A stretch of 41,823 bases of DNA, taken from contig JAFGSA010000066.1 in the NCBI GenBank assembly GCA_016934855.1, forward strand, positions 1 through 41,823, in the 5' to 3' direction. The stretch is from Elusimicrobiota bacterium (GTDB lineage Bacteria; CG03; SLGR01; JAFGSA01). This document shows, in pieces, positions 1 through 7,721 of this stretch. A program made the position numbers and the translations under genes. Numbering within the stretch: position 1 is the stretch's first letter; each line of letters opens with the position of its first letter. The notes under the pieces were generated by a model that saw only the letters and a program-made list of their open reading frames with translations, was not told where the DNA came from and searched no databases.

Positions 1-70
1 CCGGAGGCCGCAAGCGAGAAACCCCGTCCGAAATCGTCTGGGAAAAAAGGGGAGACGATGAGGAAGAATC
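1..70 (+). repeat. Copy A of a conserved ~70-nt block (U element), truncated by the window edge. It is homologous to the blocks at 13829-13898, 14031-14078 and 24184-24248
   Basis: By-eye alignment. The block starts ccggaggccg, like copy B (ggccggaggccgg). Later, aaaaggggagacgatgaggaagaatcc matches aaaggggagcgaacgaggagtatcc of copy B and ggaagtgaatgagaagaaatcc of copy D. Confidence 0.45.
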
Positions 71-85
71 CTGCCGGGCGTACCA
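66..85 (+). repeat. tRNA 3'-end-like fragment fused to copy A. It has the layout T-loop end, T-stem, acceptor 3' strand, discriminator, CCA, and resembles a tRNA-Arg 3' end
   Basis: The sequence gaatcc-tgc-cgggcgt-a-cca fits T-loop/T-stem(5)/acceptor(7)/discriminator/CCA exactly. No tRNA body lies upstream within the window. Confidence 0.4.
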
Positions 86-170
86 GAGTTAGTGAAAGGT
101 TGAAGGTTGAAGGTGGGAAGTGAATGACGCGGTGAATTTCACATTAAACATTACACTTTCCACATTACAC
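86..170 (+). repeat. E2 repeat copy 1 (~85 bp). It is homologous to 14127-14212, which lies immediately upstream of tRNA-Pro(GGG)
   Basis: Shared blocks: gttgaaggttgaa, gtgg.aagtg, gaatttca, and attacactttcca.att. Confidence 0.5.
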
Positions 171-196
171 AGGGTGTGTTTTCGGGGCAAGCATAA

Positions 197-245
197 GCCG
201 GGCGTACCAGAGTTAGTGGAAGTTTGAAGGTGAGAATAAGTCGCT
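197..245 (+). repeat. Second copy of the tRNA-3'-end-like 13-mer (gccgggcgtacca), followed by a truncated E2-like sequence
   Basis: gccgggcgtaccagagttagtggaagtttgaaggt at 197-231 versus gccgggcgtaccagagttagtgaaaggttgaaggt at 73-107. Confidence 0.45.
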
Positions 246-273
246 AGATGCTGGTTTCTAGTTGCTTGTGCAA

Positions 274-470
274 GTAAGTTATAAGTTTTAAGCTATAAGA
301 GAAGATACCGGATGCCAGATGTGAGATGCTAGATGAAATCACAAATGACAAATATCAAATAAGCTATAAGTTGTAAGCTGTAAGCGATAAGACTATGAAT
401 AGAATTAATTCGTATTATAAAAAGGGATTGGGATGGGAATCTTAAAACTTATAACTTACAGCTTACAGCT
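274..470. repeat. Inverted-repeat-bounded element of about 200 bp, with a perfect 19-bp IR and a nested imperfect IR. Possibly MITE-like or a structured RNA
   Basis: gtaagttataagttttaag (274-292) is the exact reverse complement of cttaaaacttataacttac (441-459). Inner arms gtaagctgtaag (~373-384) and cttacagcttac (~455-466) also pair. The interior is AT-rich with short direct repeats (agatgc.agatg). Confidence 0.4.
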
Positions 471-513
471 GAAGATGTTTGTTTTTTGGAGCTTGTTATT
501 TGATTATTATTAC

Positions 514-544
514 ACGAGATGCGTTTCACAAGATACGAGATGCG
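514..544 (+). promoter_or_regulatory. 10-bp direct repeat (acgagatgcg) at 514-523 and 535-544, spaced 21 bp apart, just upstream of the LOG-family gene. Candidate operator or regulator-binding site
   Basis: An exact 10-mer occurs twice, two helical turns apart, 33 bp before the ATG at 577. Confidence 0.25.
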
Positions 545-576
545 AATCATGATATCGTAATCTAGAAAGAATTATT

Positions 577-1050
577 ATGAAAGATATATCCCCTGCAAAG
601 GAAAAAAAGAAAATCATAGGTGTGATAGGCGGTGCCCAGGCTGATGAACATATGAGCGGGATCGCGTATGAACTGGGAAAAGAGATAGCCAGAAACGGGT
701 ATATACTTGTATGCGGCGGACTGGGCGGAGTCATGGAAGCGGCATGCAGGGGAGCGTATGAGGCAGGAGGAACGACGCTGGGAATACTTCCGGGAGCAGG
801 AAAAGACTCGGCTAACCCATATGTATCAATACCCGTAGTGACTGCCATGAGCCATGCGAGGAACGCAATTATTGTCAGAACGGCGGATATACTCGTCGCC
901 GTAGACGGGCGATACGGCACTTTATCAGAGATCGCTCTGGCCAAGGCCATAGGAAAGAGAGTTATTGGGCTTTATACATGGGAAGAGGTTCCCGGGGTGG
1001 AGCATGCCGGATCGGTGGAAGATGCCGTCGGGCTTATAAAAGAGTCTTGA
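577..1050 (+). CDS. LOG / TIGR00725-family Rossmann-fold protein (a small SLOG-superfamily protein, putative nucleotide-binding)
   Basis: 157 aa. Residues IIGVIGG.., LVCGGLGGVMEAA and a PGxGxxxE-like segment are typical of the short LOG/TIGR00725 family. Confidence 0.75.
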   Translation: MKDISPAKEKKKIIGVIGGAQADEHMSGIAYELGKEIARNGYILVCGGLGGVMEAACRGAYEAGGTTLGILPGAGKDSANPYVSIPVVTAMSHARNAIIVRTADILVAVDGRYGTLSEIALAKAIGKRVIGLYTWEEVPGVEHAGSVEDAVGLIKES

Positions 1051-1490
1051 GAGCGGTAATACAAAGAGTATCTGAAGCTTCGCTGACCAGCGGGGATTAT
1101 GCTGTCCGGATAGGCAGCGGGCTACTTGTCCTAGTAGCCGTATCGAAAGACGATACCGCGCGGGATGTCGATTATACAGTTGACAAGACGCTCAACCTCA
1201 GAATATTTTCCGACGAAAAAGGAAAGCTTAATCTATCGGTCAGGGATGTGTCGGGGGAAATACTCGCCGTATCTCAGTTCACGCTGTATGGCGACTCCAG
1301 GAAAGGCCGCCGGCCCAGTTTCGACAAGAGCGCCGACAGGGAAAAGGGGAAAGAATTCTTCGATATGTATGCGGATAAACTGAAAAGAGAGGGTATAAAA
1401 GTAGAAACAGGCCTGTTCGGAGAAGAGATGAAAGTCCGCCTTGTCAACGACGGCCCGGTTACGCTGATAATAGACAGCAATGTTTCTTGA
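1047..1490 (+). CDS. dtd: D-aminoacyl-tRNA deacylase
   Basis: The RAVIQRV N-terminus and the SQFTLY..D...G.RPSF motif identify it. The start is assigned to TTG at 1047, overlapping the upstream stop (TTGA); the ORF track began at a spurious upstream ATG. Confidence 0.8.
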   Translation: MRAVIQRVSEASLTSGDYAVRIGSGLLVLVAVSKDDTARDVDYTVDKTLNLRIFSDEKGKLNLSVRDVSGEILAVSQFTLYGDSRKGRRPSFDKSADREKGKEFFDMYADKLKREGIKVETGLFGEEMKVRLVNDGPVTLIIDSNVS

Positions 1491-3375
1491 AGCTTACGAA
1501 AAAAACAGCAGGCAGGTTACGCTGTATTTTTTTCTCCTGGTGGTTATAGCGGGCACTTTGTTCCATCTGTCTCTCATGCCTGATGTAAACGTGGATATAT
1601 CGAGGCTTGCCTATCTGCATTATCATTTCATCGAAGCATCCGCGGAGAACGTGAAATATGGCGCCGGTGCAGGGGATATAAGCGCCGTGATATTTAAGAA
1701 CTCGAAACCGGTGGTGACCATAGGCGGGCAGAGGATATTAAAACTCTCGTATGACGATTCCAGCGGAAAATACCTGGGCCGGTTTCCAGTCCCCTGGCGG
1801 GCGGCCGACGGCGTATACACAGTCAGGTATTTCAGCGGCGGAGAGATACTCAGGCATGAAGATGCGTTTATTGTCAAGTCGAGGATCCCTTCATATAAAT
1901 TCAGCGGTCCCCTGAAGATAATGGACCTGGAGAGCGTCAAGAGACTCAGCAGGTACAAGGTGACGACCCCATCGGGTAACGTCACCGGATACGAGGGTAT
2001 GTACGAATGGATAAAATATATCGGAGGGAACACTCTTTGGTATATAGCCGGACAGACCGCGTCCTACTCGAAAGGCGACCTGACCGAAGATCTCCCCTGG
2101 ATCGCGGGCAACGTGAATTCAATAGAAGAATTCTCCGCAAATACCGGACGTAACTCCATAAAATTCGGCGGCTGGATAGCCTGCTTCAGGTATTTCGGAA
2201 AAAGTGAGCTCAAACCGGCATGGTATAAGTACAGTTACAAATACATGGGGCCGAACGACAGGCTTAAAAGGTCCGGCGGGATATCCATACTGGATAACCG
2301 GAGGATAGAGGATGTCAGGGATCTGGCAGGACGGCTGAACGCTTCGGAGACAGTTGATTATATCGGGCTGGATTATATAAGACCCGCAGGCGGAGGACTG
2401 GAGCTGGTCGACGAGTTCATCGAATCCATGGATGTAGAAGAAATCCCCTCGGGCTGGAGCAGTTATACCCAGGAACAGCGCATGGAATGGCTCGGGGAGA
2501 TAGTGACCCGTACAAAAAACAGGGGTGTTCCGGTGATCGACAAATGGAACTGGTGGCGGGCGCACAGGATGTCGAAAATAATAAGATATATCAAGGAATC
2601 CGCCCAGATAAAGAAGCCGTTGTGGACATTTATCCTCAGCTGGGAGCTGGGGCACCAGCACGGGCAGGATCCCCTTATGTTCCAGGATGCCGGTGCCGAT
2701 ATAATCGCTGTGATGATGTACGAGACCGATGCGCCCAGATTAAACTACATGATAAAGAAATGGAAGGAATATCTCGAAGGCTTCAGAGTCAATCTTGCAG
2801 TCGGGAACCAGATAGACTGGCCTCTGCACCAGTATTGCGTGGAGCCCTCCGGCCCCGAAGAATATCACCGCAGGCTGTCACAAAGCATTTCATACCTGGG
2901 AGATAATGTAAAAGGTGTTTTTGTACACGATTTTTCAAGGGCAATGTGGGGGAGAAAAGGTCCTTATACATCTAAAGAGTGGCTTCTTTCCGCCGGAAAG
3001 GCGTTTACGCAGCTTGACAGGCATCCCGAAGTGAGGGTGGACATGCAGGCGGAAGGCAGGGTGAGGTCCGGAGCGTGGGATAAGCTCCGAGTGAAGGTCA
3101 GTAACGTCACAGGCAGCGATATAGAGCGTATAACAGTAGACATACCTGATGCAAGGGATATCGCGGTAAAGAAAAGCACTTATGAACTGGGCGGTCTGAA
3201 AGGTTTCGAGGCTAAGGATATAACCGTGGATTTCAGAATAACCGGCAGCCCTGATATGAAGATGGGCAGGTATATGCTCGCTTCCCGGGTGATAACCGGC
3301 AGGGACATATATATAGATACAGAATATATCAATACGGAAGGAGTCCCCCTGGATAGAGGTGTGAAGTACAGATGA
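1480..3375 (+). CDS. Membrane-anchored hypothetical protein of 631 aa, possibly with a glycoside-hydrolase-like TIM-barrel domain (DUF4015-like)
   Basis: The N-terminus carries a transmembrane helix (VTLYFFLLVVIAGTLF). The central DYIGLDYIRP motif recalls GHL/DUF4015 families. The domain call is weak. Confidence 0.55.
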   Translation: MFLEAYEKNSRQVTLYFFLLVVIAGTLFHLSLMPDVNVDISRLAYLHYHFIEASAENVKYGAGAGDISAVIFKNSKPVVTIGGQRILKLSYDDSSGKYLGRFPVPWRAADGVYTVRYFSGGEILRHEDAFIVKSRIPSYKFSGPLKIMDLESVKRLSRYKVTTPSGNVTGYEGMYEWIKYIGGNTLWYIAGQTASYSKGDLTEDLPWIAGNVNSIEEFSANTGRNSIKFGGWIACFRYFGKSELKPAWYKYSYKYMGPNDRLKRSGGISILDNRRIEDVRDLAGRLNASETVDYIGLDYIRPAGGGLELVDEFIESMDVEEIPSGWSSYTQEQRMEWLGEIVTRTKNRGVPVIDKWNWWRAHRMSKIIRYIKESAQIKKPLWTFILSWELGHQHGQDPLMFQDAGADIIAVMMYETDAPRLNYMIKKWKEYLEGFRVNLAVGNQIDWPLHQYCVEPSGPEEYHRRLSQSISYLGDNVKGVFVHDFSRAMWGRKGPYTSKEWLLSAGKAFTQLDRHPEVRVDMQAEGRVRSGAWDKLRVKVSNVTGSDIERITVDIPDARDIAVKKSTYELGGLKGFEAKDITVDFRITGSPDMKMGRYMLASRVITGRDIYIDTEYINTEGVPLDRGVKYR

Positions 3376-4868
3376 AGAAATATATTATAGTGCTGGGCAT
3401 GTTTACCGTGATGGCTTCATGTGCCGGAAGCTCTGATACGGGCAATGCCGGGACGAGGAAAGCGGCGGTAGCGGGGCAGTTCTATCCGGGAAATCCTGAC
3501 GTCCTCATGAAAGATGTCGATGCTTTCCTGGATACCGAAGTAAAAGAAGAACTCGGGGATGCGCATATAATGGGCATAATAGTGCCGCATGCCGGGTATA
3601 TGTATTCCGGCGCTACGGCGGGCCGGGTTTTTGCTTATTTGAAGAACAGGGGCTACGGTACAGTTATCCTTATGGGATCAAGTCATAACGTATACCTGGA
3701 CAAGCCTGTCACATGTTCGTTCGGCGATTGGGCGACACCCCTTGGAAAAGTTAAAGAAGATTATAAGCTAGTTGACGATATAGTAAAATATACAGGTATA
3801 TATATAAATAATAAAGTATTCGTGCCGGAGCATTCCCTGGAAGTTGAATTGCCTTTCCTGCAGAGGGTGCTGAAAGATGATTTTTCTATTGTCCCTATAC
3901 TTGTAAATGAGTTCAGGGAACAGAAACTCAGGGACTATGCCGCAGGGATATCCAGGGTGATAGGCCGGGGAAAAGGAATACTGATAGTGATGTCAACGGA
4001 TATGTCCCACTATTTTCCCGCCCGTACAGCAGCCGTCATGGATAAAAAGGTTTCCGATGCCCTCGTAAGATATGACCTGGAATCCCTTGAAAGGATAATG
4101 ACGGACAAATCCGGGCAGTTATGCGGCTGCGGCGCGGTTATGCTGGGTCTTATGACGCTCAGGAACCTGGGAGCCGACACGGTTGTGCAGGTAGATTATT
4201 CCCACTCGGGCGCGGCCACCGGAGACAACTCCAGGGTTGTCGGGTACGGGGCGTACGCAGTATATAAAAAAGAAGGAGTTGACGAATACGGACAGGAGGA
4301 AAAAATGGGATATACAAAAGAACAGAAGACAGAACTCCTGAAGCTTGCGAGAAATACGATACAGACATATGTCAAAACAGGAAGGACACTGCCGGCGGTA
4401 ACGGAAGACAAAGAACTCAGAGAACGCCGCGGGGTATTCGTAACGCTTCATAAAAAAGGGCAGCTCAGGGGCTGTATAGGGAACATATTCCCCGTTAACG
4501 AGCTGTATACCGCGGTCAGGGACATGGCTATAGAGGCTGCTGTGCATGATCCGCGGTTTTATCCTGTGACGGAAGACGAGCTCGATAAGATAGACATAGA
4601 AATATCCGTACTTACGGTGCCGGAAGAAGTAGATTCGCCGGACGAGATAGTAATGGGCCGGGACGGTGTCATAGTAAAGAAAGGGTTCAGGCAGGGTGTT
4701 TACCTTCCTCAGGTCGCTGATGAGACAGGCTGGAGCAGGGATGAGTTTTTAAGCAGCCTGTGCCATTCAAAAGCCGGGTTGCCGCCGGATGCATGGCAAC
4801 AGAAGGATACTACCCTTATGACGTTTCAGGCTGAGGTTTTTAACGAAAAGGAGCTGGGAATAAAATGA
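3372..4868 (+). CDS. Fusion of a Memo-like protein (AmmeMemoRadiSam system protein B) and an AMMECR1 domain (system protein A), with an N-terminal lipoprotein-type signal peptide
   Basis: AGQFYPG and IVPHAGYMYSG are Memo hallmarks. RGVFVTLHKKGQLRGCIGN is the AMMECR1 motif. The N-terminus MKKYIIVLGMFTVMASC contains a lipobox-like MASC. AGAGGTG lies upstream of the ATG. Confidence 0.8.
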   Translation: MKKYIIVLGMFTVMASCAGSSDTGNAGTRKAAVAGQFYPGNPDVLMKDVDAFLDTEVKEELGDAHIMGIIVPHAGYMYSGATAGRVFAYLKNRGYGTVILMGSSHNVYLDKPVTCSFGDWATPLGKVKEDYKLVDDIVKYTGIYINNKVFVPEHSLEVELPFLQRVLKDDFSIVPILVNEFREQKLRDYAAGISRVIGRGKGILIVMSTDMSHYFPARTAAVMDKKVSDALVRYDLESLERIMTDKSGQLCGCGAVMLGLMTLRNLGADTVVQVDYSHSGAATGDNSRVVGYGAYAVYKKEGVDEYGQEEKMGYTKEQKTELLKLARNTIQTYVKTGRTLPAVTEDKELRERRGVFVTLHKKGQLRGCIGNIFPVNELYTAVRDMAIEAAVHDPRFYPVTEDELDKIDIEISVLTVPEEVDSPDEIVMGRDGVIVKKGFRQGVYLPQVADETGWSRDEFLSSLCHSKAGLPPDAWQQKDTTLMTFQAEVFNEKELGIK

Positions 4869-5206
4869 AAAAAACAATATGCGGGATTATTATATTCATG
4901 TTTTTTTGCGGATGCAGCAGTATGCCTAAAAGAAACCTGGCGACCGAATCAGGTATCATCGCCGCAAATTTCAATATTGAAGAAGAAGAAGTTGTATCAT
5001 TGAGGGAAAAGGGGTTCGATACAGGGGAGATAGTGAAGATACTTATAATATCAGAGGGATCCTATCTCGGGCAGGGAGAAATACTCATGATGGTAGAAGA
5101 GGGCAAATCTTTCGAAGAAATAGGAAAAAAAGCCGGTATCGATACAGAGACACTTCAGCAGAGGTCGGATAAGATAGAGAAAAACCTCGCTAAATACTCA
5201 AGATAA
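4865..5206 (+). CDS. Small hypothetical lipoprotein of 113 aa
   Basis: The N-terminus MKKTICGIIIFMFFCGCSS has a lipobox FCGC. An internally repeated acidic helix-like segment is present. Its ATG overlaps the upstream stop (ATGA). Confidence 0.5.
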   Translation: MKKTICGIIIFMFFCGCSSMPKRNLATESGIIAANFNIEEEEVVSLREKGFDTGEIVKILIISEGSYLGQGEILMMVEEGKSFEEIGKKAGIDTETLQQRSDKIEKNLAKYSR

Positions 5207-7331
5207 ACACTGTTCCCAGATTGAATATTCCCAGCACGGGAAGCAGTTCTATGGTGCCTGTTACGGGCAGAAGCAGTATGGACCCCAGGCATGCCAGGAT
5301 CAACCCCGATATTACATAACCCGAAAGGGCCTCCGGGCGGTTATCGTCTATGCTCAGGTATGCCTTTATCTTGATGATCATGCTCCCCGCAAGAAGGAAA
5401 CCGCCCGCGAAAGAGAGAACTGTTATCATCGCAAGCGAAGGTAAATTCATCTGAGTCTCAAACAGCGTCGGCAGTATAATAAGGAGAAAGCCCGCAAACA
5501 TGGAAAACATGCGTATCAGAGAGAGGTAGGTATTGCTGCTTTTTTTCCTGAAATAGAACGCTGAAGCGGCGATTCCCAGGCACAGGAAAAGGAATACGAA
5601 CGAAATATCGGAGTATATCCTCCCGTAGTATGTCTGAAGCAGGACGACAATATTATATGTGAAAAGCCCTATCACAAGGGACGAAAGAAGGAGAGTGTGC
5701 TTGAGCTTAAGGGCCAGTTCCTTCTTAGACAGCGATCTTACCAGCAGTATATTGAGGGCAAGAATGAAACTGTATACCAGGATAGGATTTATCCTGTCGG
5801 TCATCCTTATTATAAGGTTGGGGAATATCCCGAAGTTCAGCACCAGCTGATTGAATGAATATTTCAGAGAAGCGGGTTTGCTGTCCATATTCACGGGGGC
5901 GTGTTTTATATCAAGCTGCTTTCTGACATTAGCCCCGGCGTCTATCTTGAATTTTAAGATGGAGGGTGAAAAATAAGAGGGAGGAGTATCCATAACGTTT
6001 ATGAATTCGGCAAGGGCGAGGTCGGATGTAGTGAAGTTTCGGCTGTGCGATGCCAGAATATTAGATTCGTCTCCGTACAACTCGAGAGTATTGGGAAAAA
6101 CCTTTTTTAAAGTGTTGTAGGCGATGGCGGTAAGCAGGGCCCAGTTCCAGCCGATATCAGGGCCGCCGGTTTTCAATGTAATGGCTATCATGGAATTATC
6201 GGACAGCACTGCTTTGACACTATGATAGAACTCTAAAGTGTAATACCTGTTAAGGAAGATATTGACCGGATTCGGAAGGGAAATAAAAACGATATCGAAA
6301 GTGTGCCTGTTCTTGATCTTTTTGATGAAAGAGATCGGGTCGGAATTGGACAGTATCCTGAGCCTGGAATAGTCCTTGGAATACAGATTGACCGGTACCA
6401 CATCAGGGAAAAGAGAGAAGATGTCCGGCGCGGGATCGGCCCAGTAAATATTTTTTATATCGGGATACCTCAGTATCTCATCTATCATCTCGGTCCATTC
6501 ACCTATCACCAGCACGCTTTCGGCCCAGGGATACTGCAGTAAGGCCGTATGCACTATTTCCTGGACGTTACGGGTGTTCGGATACTTGAATAACTTCGAA
6601 TGGTTCAGGGAGCTTATGTAATCATTGTTCTTCTTCAATACGGACAGCTCTCCGTACGGGGTTTTCTTCGTCTTTACCAGTTGCGTCTTGTATTCCCTTG
6701 TGAAAGAGCGGAACCGGCTGCTTATCCTGGCCGGTATAGAACTGAACAGCAGCGTGATGAAAACGACAGATAAAAACCAGTATTTCACCTTGGGAAGGGT
6801 CTCTATTGATACCAGGGCGAGGATCATAAGGCCGATAATGGATATAGTAAGAACTGTAATGAACGTGTCGGCATGCCACAAGACCGCAATATCCGAAACG
6901 AAATAGATCACGGCTCCGAGCAGTATGTGTTTTGTATATAGTGATTCGTCTGCCATATAGCCCATTACGATACCCGCAGAAAAAATGAGAGGAAAAAGTA
7001 TCGTCAGGGGATAAACCGTAACTGCAAACCACGGAAGAAAACTTAGAAAGGAAAGACCCATGAGGGTTCTTCCTCCCGTAAGAAAAAATGAAAAAACCGG
7101 CAGATAGAAAATGGATATGCATAGAAAAAGGGTGAAAGTCTTTAGTTTTCCCAGTATGCGGCTGAACTCAGGGTAGGCAATAAACCCTATGAGAAATTCC
7201 AGGCAGATTATTATCCCGATAACGGGGATGTGAAATATCGGCTGCTGTGACAGAACGTAGAATTCCCTGAACAGAGTCGTGAAAACAGCAGAATAGAAAA
7301 CCCCGAGAAGACACAGGGGTATGATTTGCAT
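5190..7331 (-). CDS. COG4262-type polytopic membrane protein with a central spermidine-synthase-like (PABS fold) domain whose catalytic motifs look degenerate
   Basis: About 8 transmembrane helices at each end. The middle region aligns to PABS (FDIVFISLPNP..RYYTLEFYHSV versus YDVIIVDSTDP..LFT.EFY), but GGGDGG is replaced by GEWTEM and DSTDP by SLPNP. Confidence 0.65.
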   Translation of the reverse strand: MQIIPLCLLGVFYSAVFTTLFREFYVLSQQPIFHIPVIGIIICLEFLIGFIAYPEFSRILGKLKTFTLFLCISIFYLPVFSFFLTGGRTLMGLSFLSFLPWFAVTVYPLTILFPLIFSAGIVMGYMADESLYTKHILLGAVIYFVSDIAVLWHADTFITVLTISIIGLMILALVSIETLPKVKYWFLSVVFITLLFSSIPARISSRFRSFTREYKTQLVKTKKTPYGELSVLKKNNDYISSLNHSKLFKYPNTRNVQEIVHTALLQYPWAESVLVIGEWTEMIDEILRYPDIKNIYWADPAPDIFSLFPDVVPVNLYSKDYSRLRILSNSDPISFIKKIKNRHTFDIVFISLPNPVNIFLNRYYTLEFYHSVKAVLSDNSMIAITLKTGGPDIGWNWALLTAIAYNTLKKVFPNTLELYGDESNILASHSRNFTTSDLALAEFINVMDTPPSYFSPSILKFKIDAGANVRKQLDIKHAPVNMDSKPASLKYSFNQLVLNFGIFPNLIIRMTDRINPILVYSFILALNILLVRSLSKKELALKLKHTLLLSSLVIGLFTYNIVVLLQTYYGRIYSDISFVFLFLCLGIAASAFYFRKKSSNTYLSLIRMFSMFAGFLLIILPTLFETQMNLPSLAMITVLSFAGGFLLAGSMIIKIKAYLSIDDNRPEALSGYVISGLILACLGSILLLPVTGTIELLPVLGIFNLGTVFILSI

Positions 7332-7386
7332 AAAACCTAGTGTTTTTTACTGCGGTGCCGGCTTTCCGGAAGGCACCGCTCATATG

Positions 7387-7575
7387 CTATTCTATCGTTA
7401 TGGCGGATACGGGACAAACGTCTTCGCAGTTGCCGCAAAGAGTACAGTCACCTGGTCTGGCAAGAACCGATACTCCGTTTTCCATTTCGAGCGCGCCAGT
7501 AGGGCATTCGTCTATACATATACTGCATCCCGTGCAAACATCCGCATCGATTTTTACTTTTTTGGAATCTGTCAT
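7387..7575 (-). CDS. 2x[4Fe-4S] ferredoxin (62 aa)
   Basis: Two CxxCxxCxxxCP clusters (CTGCSICIDECP and CTLCGNCEDVCP). It lies 55 bp upstream of the COG4262 gene on the same strand. Confidence 0.8.
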   Translation of the reverse strand: MTDSKKVKIDADVCTGCSICIDECPTGALEMENGVSVLARPGDCTLCGNCEDVCPVSAITIE

Positions 7576-7721
7576 ATTACCTCCTGGTGTATTTGATAAA
7601 GCAAATTATACATGCATATAACAAATTTTCCCCTTTTTTTCAAATAATATTGCTTACAGACGCGATTTTATATAAAATTACATAAGTTAATCAATGGGAA
7701 AGAAACTTGGAGGAGGTTATC

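Noticed and set aside
1-576. Possible CRISPR array, suggested by the repeated 20-25-mers
   Set aside because: There are only 2-3 copies with irregular spacing (~130 bp and not uniform). The repeats are of different kinds (tRNA-end-like, E2, IR). No cas genes are present.
510-950. 146-aa ORF on the minus strand
   Set aside because: It lies entirely antisense to the well-supported LOG-family gene (577-1050). It has no RBS or recognisable domain and a low-complexity composition.
3372-7575. A radical-SAM (AmrS) partner for the Memo/AMMECR1 fusion
   Set aside because: The only Cys-cluster protein nearby (7387-7575) has two CxxCxxCxxxCP ferredoxin motifs, not CxxxCxxC. At 62 aa it is too small. 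No radical-SAM ORF exists in the window.
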